From contig OZ244621.1 of assembly GCA_965218425.1 (NCBI GenBank), forward strand, positions 3,520,001-3,584,000: a DNA stretch of 64,000 bases, in the 5' to 3' direction. The stretch comes from an uncultured Candidatus Binatia bacterium (GTDB taxonomy: Bacteria > Desulfobacterota > Binatia > UBA9968 > CAXXLF01). The translations under genes were made by a program, and so were the position numbers. Below the pieces are notes generated by a model. That model was not told where the DNA came from, ran no database searches, and worked only from the letters and a program-made list of their open reading frames with translations. The number at the start of each line of letters is the position of its first letter. Within the stretch, counting starts at the first letter, position 1. Of this stretch, positions 1 through 10,367 are shown piece by piece.

Positions 1-426
1 GAGTTTCCCGTCGGCACCTATAAGAAGGGCCATCGCCATGGTCCCGGTGCCCATGTGTTGATCTTGAGCGGTCAGGGTTGTTCGATTCTTTGGCCTGAGG
101 GAGAGGGTCGAACAACTGTCAATTGGAGTCCTGGTAGCGTGGTGGTTCCCCCGGACAAATGGTTTCATCAACATTTTAATTACGGCGCCACACGGGCGCG
201 GTACCTCGCGCTGCGCTGGGGAAGTTGGAAGTACCGCTTTGCGACACTGGGTGAAGGAGCGGAAGGATCCACCTACAAGAGCTTAAAGGAAGGCGGAGCC
301 CAGATCGAGTATGAGGATGAGGACCCCCAGATCCACCGGGACTTTGAAGCGGCCGTGGCCAGGTCAGGCGCAGTCTGCGGAATGGGTAAATATCACCCCA
401 ACTGCACTCAGAGGAAAGCCGCTTAG
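1..426 (+). CDS. Bicupin protein, C-terminal part (5' truncated by window edge)
   Basis: Frame from base 1 reads [24 protein letters not shown]...[11 protein letters not shown]...ARYLA; same motifs as the five full-length paralogues in the window. Confidence 0.88.
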   Translation, partial: EFPVGTYKKGHRHGPGAHVLILSGQGCSILWPEGEGRTTVNWSPGSVVVPPDKWFHQHFNYGATRARYLALRWGSWKYRFATLGEGAEGSTYKSLKEGGAQIEYEDEDPQIHRDFEAAVARSGAVCGMGKYHPNCTQRKAA

Positions 427-498
427 CTCGATTGAATTTTGAATTACGGATTCGGAATAGAGATGTCATAGAGCGCAGGCTTAAAGGGAGGAGAGATT

Positions 499-1683
499 AT
501 GCTGACCAAAGAACAAAACGAGAGGATGACGCGGGTGGGTCCTGGGACACCAGGGGGCGAGTTTCTTCGTCGTTATTGGTTCCCTGTGGCAGTGGCCGCG
601 GAGTTGACGGAGGAGAACCCCACCAAGTTTGTTAAAATCCTCGGGGAGAACCTGGTTCTCTTCCTGGACAAGTCGGGACGGGTGGGCCTCATTGAAGACC
701 GCTGCGCTCATCGGGGGGCATCACTGGTATACGGGAGAGTGGAAGAGCGGGGCATTGCCTGTGCCTATCATGGATGGCTCTATGACGTGGAGGGCAACTG
801 TTTGGAGACCCCGCCGGAGCCGACGGAAAGTAAGTTTAGACTGACCATAAAGCAAAAGAGTTATCCGGTACAAAGATTCCTGGGACTGTACTGGACTTAT
901 ATGGGGCCGCAGCCGGCGCCTGTTATACCCAAGTATGATGTGTGGGTGCGTAAGGACGGCGTCAGGAAGATCTTTATTCAGCCTCAGCTCGATTGCAACT
1001 GGGTGCAGGCCATGGAGAATTCAGTGGATCCTGCGCATCTGCAGATTTTGCATCAGAACACAGCCAACAGGGGCCGAACACCTCCCAGCACCACGAGAGG
1101 GTTCACCGACGACGTGGAGAAGTTCGAATGGTATGAGGTTCCTTACGGAATCATGAAGAAGCGGACCTACAAGACCGGTAGGATGGACGAACACCCGCTG
1201 ATTTTTCCAAATATCCTCCGACAGGCCAATTGCACACAGATCAGAGTTCCCATGGACGATACCCATACCAGGATCGTCTTCATTCGATTCTTTGCCGGCA
1301 AGGATGGAAGCACCGTTGAGCAAGAGGGAGACCCGCCGGTGCAGCATGTTGAACCTTACAAGGATCCCCCGGATACGCTCCACCCCTTCACTCGATTCGA
1401 TATCAGCCAGGAGGTGCAGGCCCAGGACCACATGGCATGGGAAACCCAGGGTCCCATTGCGGATCGAACCAACGAGCGGCTGGCCACGTCCGACCACGGC
1501 GTGGTCATGCTTCGGGAGATGTTGCTGAGTAATATTGACAGGGTGGAGAAGGGTCAGGACCCCAAAGGGGTGATCAGGGACCCCGCACACGGGATGATCG
1601 ATACCAACCTTTCGGAATCGCTGGTGGGACCCGAGACTAGGCCGGAGTATAGAGAGATGGCAAGTCAGGACTCCCAGCCGTAA
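499..1683 (+). CDS. Rieske non-heme iron oxygenase alpha subunit (phthalate 4,5-dioxygenase/LigXa/vanillate demethylase-like)
   Basis: Rieske ligands CAH...CAYH, mononuclear Fe motif NSVDPAHLQILH and QAQD; GGAGG RBS upstream. Confidence 0.93.
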   Translation: MLTKEQNERMTRVGPGTPGGEFLRRYWFPVAVAAELTEENPTKFVKILGENLVLFLDKSGRVGLIEDRCAHRGASLVYGRVEERGIACAYHGWLYDVEGNCLETPPEPTESKFRLTIKQKSYPVQRFLGLYWTYMGPQPAPVIPKYDVWVRKDGVRKIFIQPQLDCNWVQAMENSVDPAHLQILHQNTANRGRTPPSTTRGFTDDVEKFEWYEVPYGIMKKRTYKTGRMDEHPLIFPNILRQANCTQIRVPMDDTHTRIVFIRFFAGKDGSTVEQEGDPPVQHVEPYKDPPDTLHPFTRFDISQEVQAQDHMAWETQGPIADRTNERLATSDHGVVMLREMLLSNIDRVEKGQDPKGVIRDPAHGMIDTNLSESLVGPETRPEYREMASQDSQP

Positions 1684-1715
1684 AGCAATCTCCCCGGCAT
1701 TCTCGAGATTCTAAA

Positions 1716-1752
1716 GTAACCCAGCCACCTGGTTTCAGGGTGGCCGGGTTAC
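1716..1752 (+). terminator. Stem-loop downstream of Rieske gene (terminator or RNA stabiliser)
   Basis: GTAACCCAGCCACC...GGTGGCCGGGTTAC inverted repeat with one mismatch; no strong U-tract. Confidence 0.4.
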
Positions 1753-1928
1753 CGATCCATTAACCTTTCCTCCATTCTTTTCGTGCCGTGGGGTTTTACC
1801 AAAGGCCCTCTGCGCGGGTATTTGCCTCTTGCCGGTCGCGGGGGTGTTGTTGTATTGTCCTCTATGAGTTTTCACGAGACGCATTGACGAGACCTGTTTC
1901 ATTTCATGTAATTTTGGGAGGTTCGATT

Positions 1929-3047
1929 ATGGCTGAAGAAAAAATGGATTTTTGGAATCTTAAGACTCCTTATGATCAGTGGATGGAAACCCAGAATATC
2001 CCGATCCACGAGGGTTATTACGTCGAAGATTTAAGGACGTTGAGTCTTGGACCTTGGAAGGAGCGGGGCTGCAACGGCGCATTCCTCAAGCTGGCCGGGC
2101 AGGAGGGAGTCTCCCAGGCGTATGTTACGGAGATACCGCCCGGTGAGACCCTTCCTCCCTACAGGATGGCTTTGGATGAGGTGATTTACGTAGCGGAGGG
2201 AAGGGGGCTCACTACCATCTGGGCGGGGGACCGGCCCAAGAAGGTCTTTGAATGGCAAAAGCACAGTCTGTTCATGATCCCCGGGGGGCATCACTACCAG
2301 CTCGGCAACGCCCAGGGCAACCAATCCGTGCGGTTGCTTCACTATTCCTATCTCCCCGTGGCCATGGGTATTTTGCACCATCCGGACTTTTTCCTGAACA
2401 ATCCCTACGTGGATTTCGATACCCTGTACGGTGACAACGGCTCGGAGTTCTACGCTCAGGCAAAGGTCACGAAAGGGGCTGGATCCAGAGTGGGGAGTCA
2501 GATGAACGTCTGGTTTGGAAACTTTTTTCCCGACATGAGGGCGTGGGACAGGCTCCAGCCCTTTAAAGGGAGGGGCGCGGGCGGCCACGTGGTCTGGATA
2601 GGTTTCCCCAAATCTCCCATTTACTGTCACATGTCGGTGTTCCCTTCCAAGACATACAAGAAAGCTCACAGGCACGGGCCCGGCGTGGTGATTATCATCC
2701 CGGCGGGAGAGGGCTATTCCATCATGTGGCCGGAGGGCGGGGAGAAAGTGGTGATCCCCTGGCATGAAGCCAGTGTATTCGTGCCGCCCAACCGGTGGTT
2801 CCACCAGCATTTTAATGTGGGAGCGACACCCGCCAGATACCTTGCCTCCCATGCCCCAAGGGTCACCAGGGGCGCCGGCGAGAGGGTCGAGGACAGACAG
2901 AGAGACCAGATCGAATATCCGGACGAAGACCCCTGGATCCGCCAAAAATTCGAGGAGGAGTTGGCAAAAAGGGATTTGAAGTCCGATATGCCTGGCGGGG
3001 CTTACAAGGATAAGGACTTCGAGTGGGAGTACAAAGAAGGCAAATGA
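1929..3047 (+). CDS. Bicupin protein (gentisate 1,2-dioxygenase-like fold)
   Basis: ATG 1929 after GGGAGG; C-terminal cupin KKAHRHGPG...PPNRWFHQHFN. Confidence 0.85.
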   Translation: MAEEKMDFWNLKTPYDQWMETQNIPIHEGYYVEDLRTLSLGPWKERGCNGAFLKLAGQEGVSQAYVTEIPPGETLPPYRMALDEVIYVAEGRGLTTIWAGDRPKKVFEWQKHSLFMIPGGHHYQLGNAQGNQSVRLLHYSYLPVAMGILHHPDFFLNNPYVDFDTLYGDNGSEFYAQAKVTKGAGSRVGSQMNVWFGNFFPDMRAWDRLQPFKGRGAGGHVVWIGFPKSPIYCHMSVFPSKTYKKAHRHGPGVVIIIPAGEGYSIMWPEGGEKVVIPWHEASVFVPPNRWFHQHFNVGATPARYLASHAPRVTRGAGERVEDRQRDQIEYPDEDPWIRQKFEEELAKRDLKSDMPGGAYKDKDFEWEYKEGK

Positions 3048-3255
3048 TATGGAGGCCTGCAAGGTGAGATCCGCGGCGGGGACATATGGGTAAGCTCCCA
3101 ACCGCAATCTTGGCATAAGTGCTTTGCTGTCCCTGGTCGGCTTTCGGTCAAACCGGTCCCGACCGCAAGGCGCAATGGCGAAGAACGAAAGAGGCGGCCG
3201 GAAAAGAGGACAAGCTGTCGGTTTTCTTGTTCCGACGGGACAACATCGAAATTTT

Positions 3256-4434
3256 ATGCTTACATCGCAGGAAAACGAGAGATTGACCCGCGTGGGCCCG
3301 GATACGCCCGGCGGCAGCTTGCTTAGGCGCTACTGGCACCCCGTTTCGGTTGCCCAGGAACTCACGGAAGAGAACCCCGCCAAGTTCGTGAGAATCCTCC
3401 GTGAAGACCTCGTGCTTTTTCGTGACAAGCAGGGAAGGGTGGGGCTGATTGGAGACCGCTGCCCGCACCGCGGGGCGTCCCTCTCCTATGGCAGGGTCGA
3501 GGAAAGGGGCATCGCCTGCGCCTACCACGGTTGGCTGTACGACGTGGAGGGCAACTGTCTGGAGACTCCTCCCGAGCCTGCCGACAGCAAGTTCCGCCTC
3601 ACCGTAAAGCATACGGCCTACCCGGTGCAAAGATTCGTCGGCCTCTATTGGGCCTACATGGGGCCGCCGCCCGCGCCGGCATTGCCGCGGTATGACCTGT
3701 TCGTGCTGAAGCAGGGGAAGAGACGCATCACGGTGCATCCCACCCTGGACTGCAACTGGTTTACCGCCGCCGAAAACGCCGCCGATCCCTCCCACCTTCA
3801 GGTTCTGCATCAGGTCTTGCCCATGAGCAATAGAAGACCCGCCGATACCACCCGGGGATTCACCGACGATATCGAAGATTTCGAGTTTTACGAAACCCCG
3901 TACGGCATCATGAAGAAACGGACGTACAAGAACGGAGTCGTGGATGAACACCCCCTGATCTTTCCCACGCACCTGAGGACACGCGGCTCGATCTGGCTGA
4001 GAACTCCCATCGACGATACCCACACTCTTCAGATCGTTGTCGGCTTCCGGCTCAATGAGGACGGCGGTGAGACGGAAGAAGGGGACCCGCCGGTGGAATA
4101 CCTCAAACCGTACAAGGATCCTCCCGACGCGATTCACCCTTTTACAAAATTTGACATGAACGTGCCCTACGGCCAACCGTTGGCCCAGGACGTGGTCATG
4201 TGGGAGACCCAGGGCCCCGTCGCGGACCGCACCCTGGAACACCTGGCCACCTCCGACCGGGGCGTGGTCATGCTGAGGGAGATCATGGCGAGGGAGATTG
4301 AAAAGGTGGAGAAAGGACTCGACCCGCTCGGCGTCGTCAGAGACCGGGATCATTCGATGATCGACACCAACCTGATGAAATCCATCACCATGGACTATCC
4401 GACCGGCATCGCGGCGAAGTCCGCGGTGGGTTAA
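3256..4434 (+). CDS. Rieske non-heme iron oxygenase alpha subunit
   Basis: MLTSQENE start matches paralogues; CPH...CAYH; NAADPSHLQVLH; LAQD. Confidence 0.93.
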   Translation: MLTSQENERLTRVGPDTPGGSLLRRYWHPVSVAQELTEENPAKFVRILREDLVLFRDKQGRVGLIGDRCPHRGASLSYGRVEERGIACAYHGWLYDVEGNCLETPPEPADSKFRLTVKHTAYPVQRFVGLYWAYMGPPPAPALPRYDLFVLKQGKRRITVHPTLDCNWFTAAENAADPSHLQVLHQVLPMSNRRPADTTRGFTDDIEDFEFYETPYGIMKKRTYKNGVVDEHPLIFPTHLRTRGSIWLRTPIDDTHTLQIVVGFRLNEDGGETEEGDPPVEYLKPYKDPPDAIHPFTKFDMNVPYGQPLAQDVVMWETQGPVADRTLEHLATSDRGVVMLREIMAREIEKVEKGLDPLGVVRDRDHSMIDTNLMKSITMDYPTGIAAKSAVG

Positions 4435-4494
4435 GGGGGAAATTTCAATTGAACGCAATCCTGCATCGAGGAAAGAGAAAGCACGGAGGGCGGC

Positions 4495-5613
4495 ATGGCT
4501 GACGCGAGATCGAATCCGACCGGAGGCGTCTCATCCTATGAGCGTCTGATCGAGTCCACCGGGCTGCCCATACATACAGGGTACTACATGGAAGATTTGA
4601 GGACCCTGGAGCTTGGATGGTGGGAGGCCCGTCAGTGTTCCGCCGCTTTTCTTCAGCTTACAGGCCAAGAGGGTGTGACCGGTGCCTGCGTTACGGAAGT
4701 CCCTCCCGGAAAGAGTCTGCCTCCGTTCAAGATGGCCGTAGACGAAGTCATCTACGTGGTGCAGGGGAGAGGACTCACGAACGTGTGGGCGGAGGGGTCG
4801 CCGAAAAAGACGTTCGAGTGGCAGAAGCACAGCATGTTCTTGGTCCCGGCGAACTATTCCTATCAGCTCTGCAGCGTTCAGGGCGACCGGCCCGCAAGGC
4901 TTCTCCACTGTAGCTACCTCCCTCTTGCCATGTCGGTGATTCCTAATCCGGATTTCTTCTTCAAGAATCCGGTGGTGGATACGGAGATTCTCTATGGAGA
5001 GGGTGATTTCTATTCCGAGGCCAGGACCATGAGCCGGGGGAGCGATGGCCGCCCCATTGCCAGCCCGCGCGGAATGGATATCTGGTTTGGAAACTTTTTC
5101 CCTGACATGAGGGCGTGGGATAAGCTCCAACCGTTCCGCGGTAGAGGGGCCGGGGGGCACGCCGTCTGGATCGGATTTCCGGGATCTCCGCTGACGGCCC
5201 ACATGTCGGTCTTTCCGTCGCGTACTTACAAGAAGGGCCACAGGCATGGTCCGGGCTTCATGATCGTGATCCCGGTGGGGGAGGGTTACTCCGTCATGTG
5301 GCCGGAAGGCGGAGAGAAGGTCGTCATTCCGTGGCATGAAGCCAGCGTCTTTGTTCCTCCCAACCGATGGTTCCATCAGCACTTCAACGTCGGTCCGGCG
5401 CCGGCCAGGTATCTTGCTATCCACCCGCCGCGCGGGCTCGACGGGGTCAGCGAAAAGGTGGAAGACAGAGCCAGGGACCAGATTGAATATCCCGACGAGG
5501 ACCCCGCGATCCGAAAGAGGTTCGAGGAAGAACTTGCGAAAAAGGGTTTAACCACGCTCATGCCGGAACAGGCGTACGGCGAAAAGGGATACGAGTGGGG
5601 TTACGGCGCTTGA
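4495..5613 (+). CDS. Bicupin protein
   Basis: KKGHRHGPG and PPNRWFHQHFN motifs; close paralogue of 1929..3047 and 43228..44379; GGAGG RBS. Confidence 0.85.
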   Translation: MADARSNPTGGVSSYERLIESTGLPIHTGYYMEDLRTLELGWWEARQCSAAFLQLTGQEGVTGACVTEVPPGKSLPPFKMAVDEVIYVVQGRGLTNVWAEGSPKKTFEWQKHSMFLVPANYSYQLCSVQGDRPARLLHCSYLPLAMSVIPNPDFFFKNPVVDTEILYGEGDFYSEARTMSRGSDGRPIASPRGMDIWFGNFFPDMRAWDKLQPFRGRGAGGHAVWIGFPGSPLTAHMSVFPSRTYKKGHRHGPGFMIVIPVGEGYSVMWPEGGEKVVIPWHEASVFVPPNRWFHQHFNVGPAPARYLAIHPPRGLDGVSEKVEDRARDQIEYPDEDPAIRKRFEEELAKKGLTTLMPEQAYGEKGYEWGYGA

Positions 5614-5699
5614 GATTTGGATGAGAGCGGACATGGTGTTGTTGACCGGACTCATCAACGTGTGTAGGGTCCGAACGGATTATCGGAAGGAGGGCTATC

Positions 5700-6659
5700 A
5701 TGGCTGAAATGGTATTGGGAATGGGGATTTCCCACGGGCCGCAGCTGGGGATGCCGGCCGAGAAGTGGCACTTGCTTCGTGAAAAGGATCAAAACGATAA
5801 AAGGTTCAGCTTCACCGACCTGCTGGCCGCGCGAAGATCGGCGGGGATCGAGAAGGAGATTACGCCGGAGAAGATGAAAAAGAGATACGATGACTGCATG
5901 AAGGCCCTGGCCGGGTTGAAGGAGACTCTTGACGGAGTCTCCCCCGACGTGCTGGTGGTGGTGGGGGACGATCAGCACGAACACCTGTTGGACGATAACA
6001 TGCCGGTGTTTTGCATTTACCGGGGCGCCTCCGTGGACGCGGTGAAAAGGCAGGGGAGGCGGCAGGCGGCCTGGATGCAGGCGGACGAGGAAGGGCGGGC
6101 GACCGGTCTCAAGAGCTATCCTTGCGCCCCCGAGTTATCGGAGCACTTGATCAGGGATCTCATTCGGAAGGGGTTCGACGTGGCCTGCTCCAACCAGCTC
6201 AGGCCCGAGGTGGGTTTGGGCCACGCATTCACGACCATGTACCGGCAGGTTATGCCGGAAGGACGAATCCCCATCGTGCCCTTCATGGTGAATACGTTTT
6301 ATCCTCCCAACCAGCCTACCCCCCAACGATGCTACGAGCTGGGTCTGGCCCTGAGAGAGGCCATTGAAAGCTGGGACGGAAATAAGCGGGTGGGAGTCAT
6401 CGCCTCCGGGGGATTGAGTCACGTCATCATCGATGAAGAGATCGATAGGGACACCATCGAAGGCTTGCAGAAAAAAGACAAGCGGAAGCTCTTTTCCCTC
6501 CCCGTGGAAAAACTGGTATTCGGAACCTCGGAGATCCGGAACTGGATCGTGGCGGCCGGCGCCTTCGAGCCCATGGACATGAAGCTTATCGACTACGTCC
6601 CCTGCTATCGCTCCGAGGCCGGCACGGGCTGTGCCATGGGCTTCGCCGAGTGGCAGTGA
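5700..6659 (+). CDS. LigB-family (type II) extradiol ring-cleavage dioxygenase
   Basis: SHGP, GDDQHE, GHAF, ASGGLSH and GTSEIRNW motifs. Confidence 0.87.
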   Translation: MAEMVLGMGISHGPQLGMPAEKWHLLREKDQNDKRFSFTDLLAARRSAGIEKEITPEKMKKRYDDCMKALAGLKETLDGVSPDVLVVVGDDQHEHLLDDNMPVFCIYRGASVDAVKRQGRRQAAWMQADEEGRATGLKSYPCAPELSEHLIRDLIRKGFDVACSNQLRPEVGLGHAFTTMYRQVMPEGRIPIVPFMVNTFYPPNQPTPQRCYELGLALREAIESWDGNKRVGVIASGGLSHVIIDEEIDRDTIEGLQKKDKRKLFSLPVEKLVFGTSEIRNWIVAAGAFEPMDMKLIDYVPCYRSEAGTGCAMGFAEWQ

Positions 6660-6738
6660 TGGAGAAGTGCGTGTGCCGGGATTGCGCCCCGGCACGTAAA
6701 ATCATAGGTTGGCTCGAATCGCTCTCGAGGAGGATATC

Positions 6739-7866
6739 ATGAGTTCGATCGGCAAAGTTAAGTATCTGGCCGTTGCCCTGTTGGGCTTTTTCGTTTTGAC
6801 GTTGGCGGGTGCTCATAGCGCTCGAGCCGATTGGCGTTCGGAATGGGATAAAACCGCCGCCGCGGCAAAAAAGGAGGGGCGCCTTGTTATTTACGGAGGG
6901 GAAGAGATCACTCACCCGGAGATCCTGAGCGAGTTCAATAAAAAATTTCCCGAGATCAAGATCGTCACCGGCTCGGGCCGCGGGAGCACGCTCGGACCCC
7001 GTATCCTTGCCGAGCGCAGGGCGGGCAAGTACCTGGTGGACTTGTTTGCCGGCGGTCCCGGCACGCCTTACCGCGTCCTTTATCGCGGGAAGGCCCTGGA
7101 TCCCATCAGCCCGGCCTTTTTTCATCCCGAGGTCACGGACACCTCGAAGTGGTACGCAGGCAAGCATCACTACGCGGACCCCAAGGGCGCGTACCTTTTC
7201 ATATACGAAGGGAGCATCTCCGGCGGGGCGTCGATCTATTACAACACCGACGCGGTTGATCCAAAGGAGCTCAAGTCGTATTTCGATCTGCTGAATCCCA
7301 AGTGGAAGGGCAAGATCAGTTTTTACAACCCGACGGCCACCGGCGGAGGCCTCAACAGCGTTATCTCCCTCTACAACAACCCGAAGCTCGGCCCTGAATA
7401 TATCAGACGCCTCTTCGGAAAGATGGATGTCACGATCTTTCGCAGCCGGCGTCAGGGGCCCGACTGGCTGGCCACGGGAAAATACCCTCTTTGCTTTTCT
7501 TGCAGGGATATGAGACGCGCCATGCGGCAAGGTCTTCCGGTGAATCAAATCCTGCCGGGCAGCCTCAAGGAGATGGAGCCCGTCATAGGCGGAGGGGGCA
7601 GCAGTGTAGTCGTCCTCATCAACAGGGCTCCGCATCCGAACGCGGCCAAGCTCTTTCTCAACTGGTATCTCTCCCGCGAAGGGCAGATGGTGTGGCAACG
7701 GGTAATGAACGAGGTTGTTATCGAGGCGTCGGATTCCATGAGGAACGATATCCCGAAAGACAACGTGATGGTGGCGTCGAAAAGGGTCGATGGGGTCAAG
7801 TACAAGGTGATCGACTTTCGCGACCCTCGACCTTCACTCAAGCTGATGCGGGAGCTTTTGCAATAG
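6739..7866 (+). CDS. ABC transporter extracellular solute-binding protein (AfuA/FbpA-like class II)
   Basis: Signal peptide, W..T.AAAKKEG, LLNPKWKGKI, APHPNAAKLFLNWYLSREGQ; GAGGAG RBS. Confidence 0.85.
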   Translation: MSSIGKVKYLAVALLGFFVLTLAGAHSARADWRSEWDKTAAAAKKEGRLVIYGGEEITHPEILSEFNKKFPEIKIVTGSGRGSTLGPRILAERRAGKYLVDLFAGGPGTPYRVLYRGKALDPISPAFFHPEVTDTSKWYAGKHHYADPKGAYLFIYEGSISGGASIYYNTDAVDPKELKSYFDLLNPKWKGKISFYNPTATGGGLNSVISLYNNPKLGPEYIRRLFGKMDVTIFRSRRQGPDWLATGKYPLCFSCRDMRRAMRQGLPVNQILPGSLKEMEPVIGGGGSSVVVLINRAPHPNAAKLFLNWYLSREGQMVWQRVMNEVVIEASDSMRNDIPKDNVMVASKRVDGVKYKVIDFRDPRPSLKLMRELLQ

Positions 7867-7914
7867 GTCCCGCGGAATCCGTAAGCAATCCCGGCTTTAT
7901 TCTAAGGAGTCGAA

Positions 7915-8862
7915 ATGGCCGATTATGAACCCATCGACATTCGCGCCTTCTACCGCTCCCCCTCCCACCTCCACATCTGGGAGATCCTGGACAAGGCGGG
8001 GATCTGGGGACAGGTGGGAGTCAGATCCGCAAGCATGGAATACTGCAGCCTGCCCACGGACGCCGAGGCGGCTCTGTTCGACGGCTCCATCGATTTCGTT
8101 TCCGGCAATCACATCACCCCCTATGCTCTGGTGGCGCGCGGTAAGCCCATCGTATGTCTGGCGTCGCCCGGCAATAACGTCAGGGACCGCCTGGTGTCCC
8201 GAAAGCCCATGCGCTCGTTGTCCGACGTTCGAGGGCTTAAGGTCGCCGACCTGACGATGGAAGGGCGGGTGGCCGGATTCAATCATTTGCGGGGCAATCA
8301 CATGCTTTACCTGATACGCGCCGGTCTCAAGCTGGACGACGTTACATGGGTAGAGTTGGGCGAGGACATGACGCCGGAGTTCCGCGCGGCTCAGTACGAG
8401 GCCATGACCTCGGGCGAAGCGGACGCCACCTTCGTCACGGGGGGAACCGAGCGATTCGAGCAAAAGGGGTTCCACGTCCTGGACCTGGGCCCTCTCCCCA
8501 TGATCACGGGTCCCACCTTGACCACGTCCTACACTTCGCTGCAGCGAAAGGACCGGCTGGGCGAGCGCCTGGTGAAGGCCTTCGTGCTGGGAGTCCATTA
8601 CGCCCGAACCCATAAAGACGAGAGCGAAAAGATCCTTGAGGGTTTGAGGAAGAGAGAGCCGGAGGCCGGCTCCGTGAGATACGCCGGTCTCGCCCGGATG
8701 CCGCGCAAACCGTACCCGGACCCGCAGGCCGTAATGAATGCCCATGAGCTGTGCCTCATGAAGGATTCCGCCGCAAAGGAGCTGAGCCCCCTGGCGCTTT
8801 GGGACCTTCACTATCTTCGCGAGCTGGATCACTCGGGTTTTATCGACGGACTCTACCGGTAA
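7915..8862 (+). CDS. SsuA/NMT1/THI5-like periplasmic-binding-fold protein without signal peptide
   Basis: ALFDGSIDF, LSDVRGLKVA, AGLKLDDVTWV, AMTSGEADATF pattern typical of this fold; no hydrophobic N-terminus. Confidence 0.7.
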   Translation: MADYEPIDIRAFYRSPSHLHIWEILDKAGIWGQVGVRSASMEYCSLPTDAEAALFDGSIDFVSGNHITPYALVARGKPIVCLASPGNNVRDRLVSRKPMRSLSDVRGLKVADLTMEGRVAGFNHLRGNHMLYLIRAGLKLDDVTWVELGEDMTPEFRAAQYEAMTSGEADATFVTGGTERFEQKGFHVLDLGPLPMITGPTLTTSYTSLQRKDRLGERLVKAFVLGVHYARTHKDESEKILEGLRKREPEAGSVRYAGLARMPRKPYPDPQAVMNAHELCLMKDSAAKELSPLALWDLHYLRELDHSGFIDGLYR

Positions 8863-9145
8863 CCTTCTTTATTTCTTTTTTTGGCTTTCGAGGCCGGGTG
8901 GGCGTTCAAGCGCTTGAAAGACAAGGCTTTCATTCCGGTTTATTCCACCTGGTTTCGGGTTGTTTCATTAAAATAAATACTTGAAGAGGGAAAAACGCTT
9001 CAGACCCTGACGCGACTAGGAGTTAAGATCGCCACAGGACAACAACCCTTAAACCTCAATTAAATTAAACCTGCATTGCAGTAAAAGAGAGCAAAAAACA
9101 AAAATGACCAAGGATGACAAGAGGTCCATACTCAAAGAGATGCAC

Positions 9146-9811
9146 ATGAAACGAATAGCCTACGCCGTTGTTGCTATCGTTCTGTTTTCTGGCGGGTGCA
9201 AAACTGATGTGACAGTCGAGGTTTACTCATCGGACTTGCACAAGGTTGTCACAGACAAGACCTCTGGGTTGATGACCCCAATGATAATGGCGATTGAAAT
9301 TCCATCAGAGCAGAAGTGTGACGAGTATACTCCGCAAATAGCTGACGTCATGAAGGGGCTAGTCAATAGCTTTTCCCCTCAAGGATGCAAGCGGATGGGC
9401 ATGGAATCGCGCCTCTTGGCAGAAGTTCAAATTCCGCTGTCACCTAGTATGGCCGCATGGGATCGGGCCAACTCATTATTTGGATTGGTTATATCAGACA
9501 AGACTGGTGGGGTTGTGGTAACTCTTGATCTGGACAAGTACGAGATACTTAGTAAGCGGATGCAAAGTAAGTTTCATCAGTCCGTAAACTTATCCGAGTC
9601 CAAGGTTACGATGATTCTGCACAATGATGAACGAAACACCCAGACATACCGTGTAGGCGGGGCCTTCATCAACCGAGACCCGGTGTATCAGAAGCAATGG
9701 ATCAATTTGAAGCGTCGTGGCAAGGTAGAAATCCAACTTTCAAATGTTGGTTCTGCATCCTTGGCAAAGCATGGTCATGCTTTGATTCTGGCTTTTAAGA
9801 AGGAAGACTAA
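9146..9811 (+). CDS. Hypothetical lipoprotein
   Basis: MKRIAYAVVAIVLFSGGC lipobox-like N-terminus; long ORF in an AT-richer segment. Confidence 0.7.
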   Translation: MKRIAYAVVAIVLFSGGCKTDVTVEVYSSDLHKVVTDKTSGLMTPMIMAIEIPSEQKCDEYTPQIADVMKGLVNSFSPQGCKRMGMESRLLAEVQIPLSPSMAAWDRANSLFGLVISDKTGGVVVTLDLDKYEILSKRMQSKFHQSVNLSESKVTMILHNDERNTQTYRVGGAFINRDPVYQKQWINLKRRGKVEIQLSNVGSASLAKHGHALILAFKKED

Positions 9812-10288
9812 CTATGATTATAAGTTTTCTCCTAGTTGTTGTTGGGCTTTCCGGGTTTACTCTTGGCGGATGGTGACCTTTGCTTTGGGCACGAAGCGCA
9901 AAGCGGTCTGCTCATTGCGGTGGATAAATCAGGTGGTGTTTGTCAATGGAGTTGTCACTGTATTGGGCCACCACATTTTGCATTCTTCGGGGCATTTCTT
10001 GGTTAAAACTGAAACGATGACTTCAGCTCCATCGCCCGGTAAGCGCCGTCACCATTGCATCATAGCAACCATCGGATCAACGGTCGAATAAAAGCGAGTG
10101 GATCTCGCAGTAGATCCTCGTGATAGTCATTGGATTCATCCTGAGCGGTCGATTGAATCGCTCAATTTAGTCATTCGTCCGCGGGGTCTTAGGAGACATA
10201 TTCTAGTGGATCTTGTAAAGTGCTCTGACCTCGGTGCTAGAGTGTTTTATGAACTCAGAGCCAGACAGCATAGGGGTTAAATCACCTG

Positions 10289-10319
10289 TTGACAGTGTTA
10301 ATCGGACGTTATATATACT
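10289..10319 (+). promoter_or_regulatory. Candidate sigma70 promoter
   Basis: TTGACA at 10289 followed by TATATA (17-nt spacer) or TATACT (19-nt spacer), upstream of AGGAGG RBS. Confidence 0.45.
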
Positions 10320-10367
10320 GGCGGCCTCTTCGAAGTGCGATATCACTATCAATCGGTAGGAGGGCAT

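Noticed and set aside
2031..7698. Long antisense ORFs (e.g. 2031..3116, 3148..4458, 6586..7698; also 39851..41176 and 21298..22839)
   Set aside because: They shadow genes with clear family motifs in GC-rich DNA and have no recognisable motifs themselves
9850..10260. Possible decayed transposase or other ORF on the minus strand
   Set aside because: Several stops and no motif I can assign
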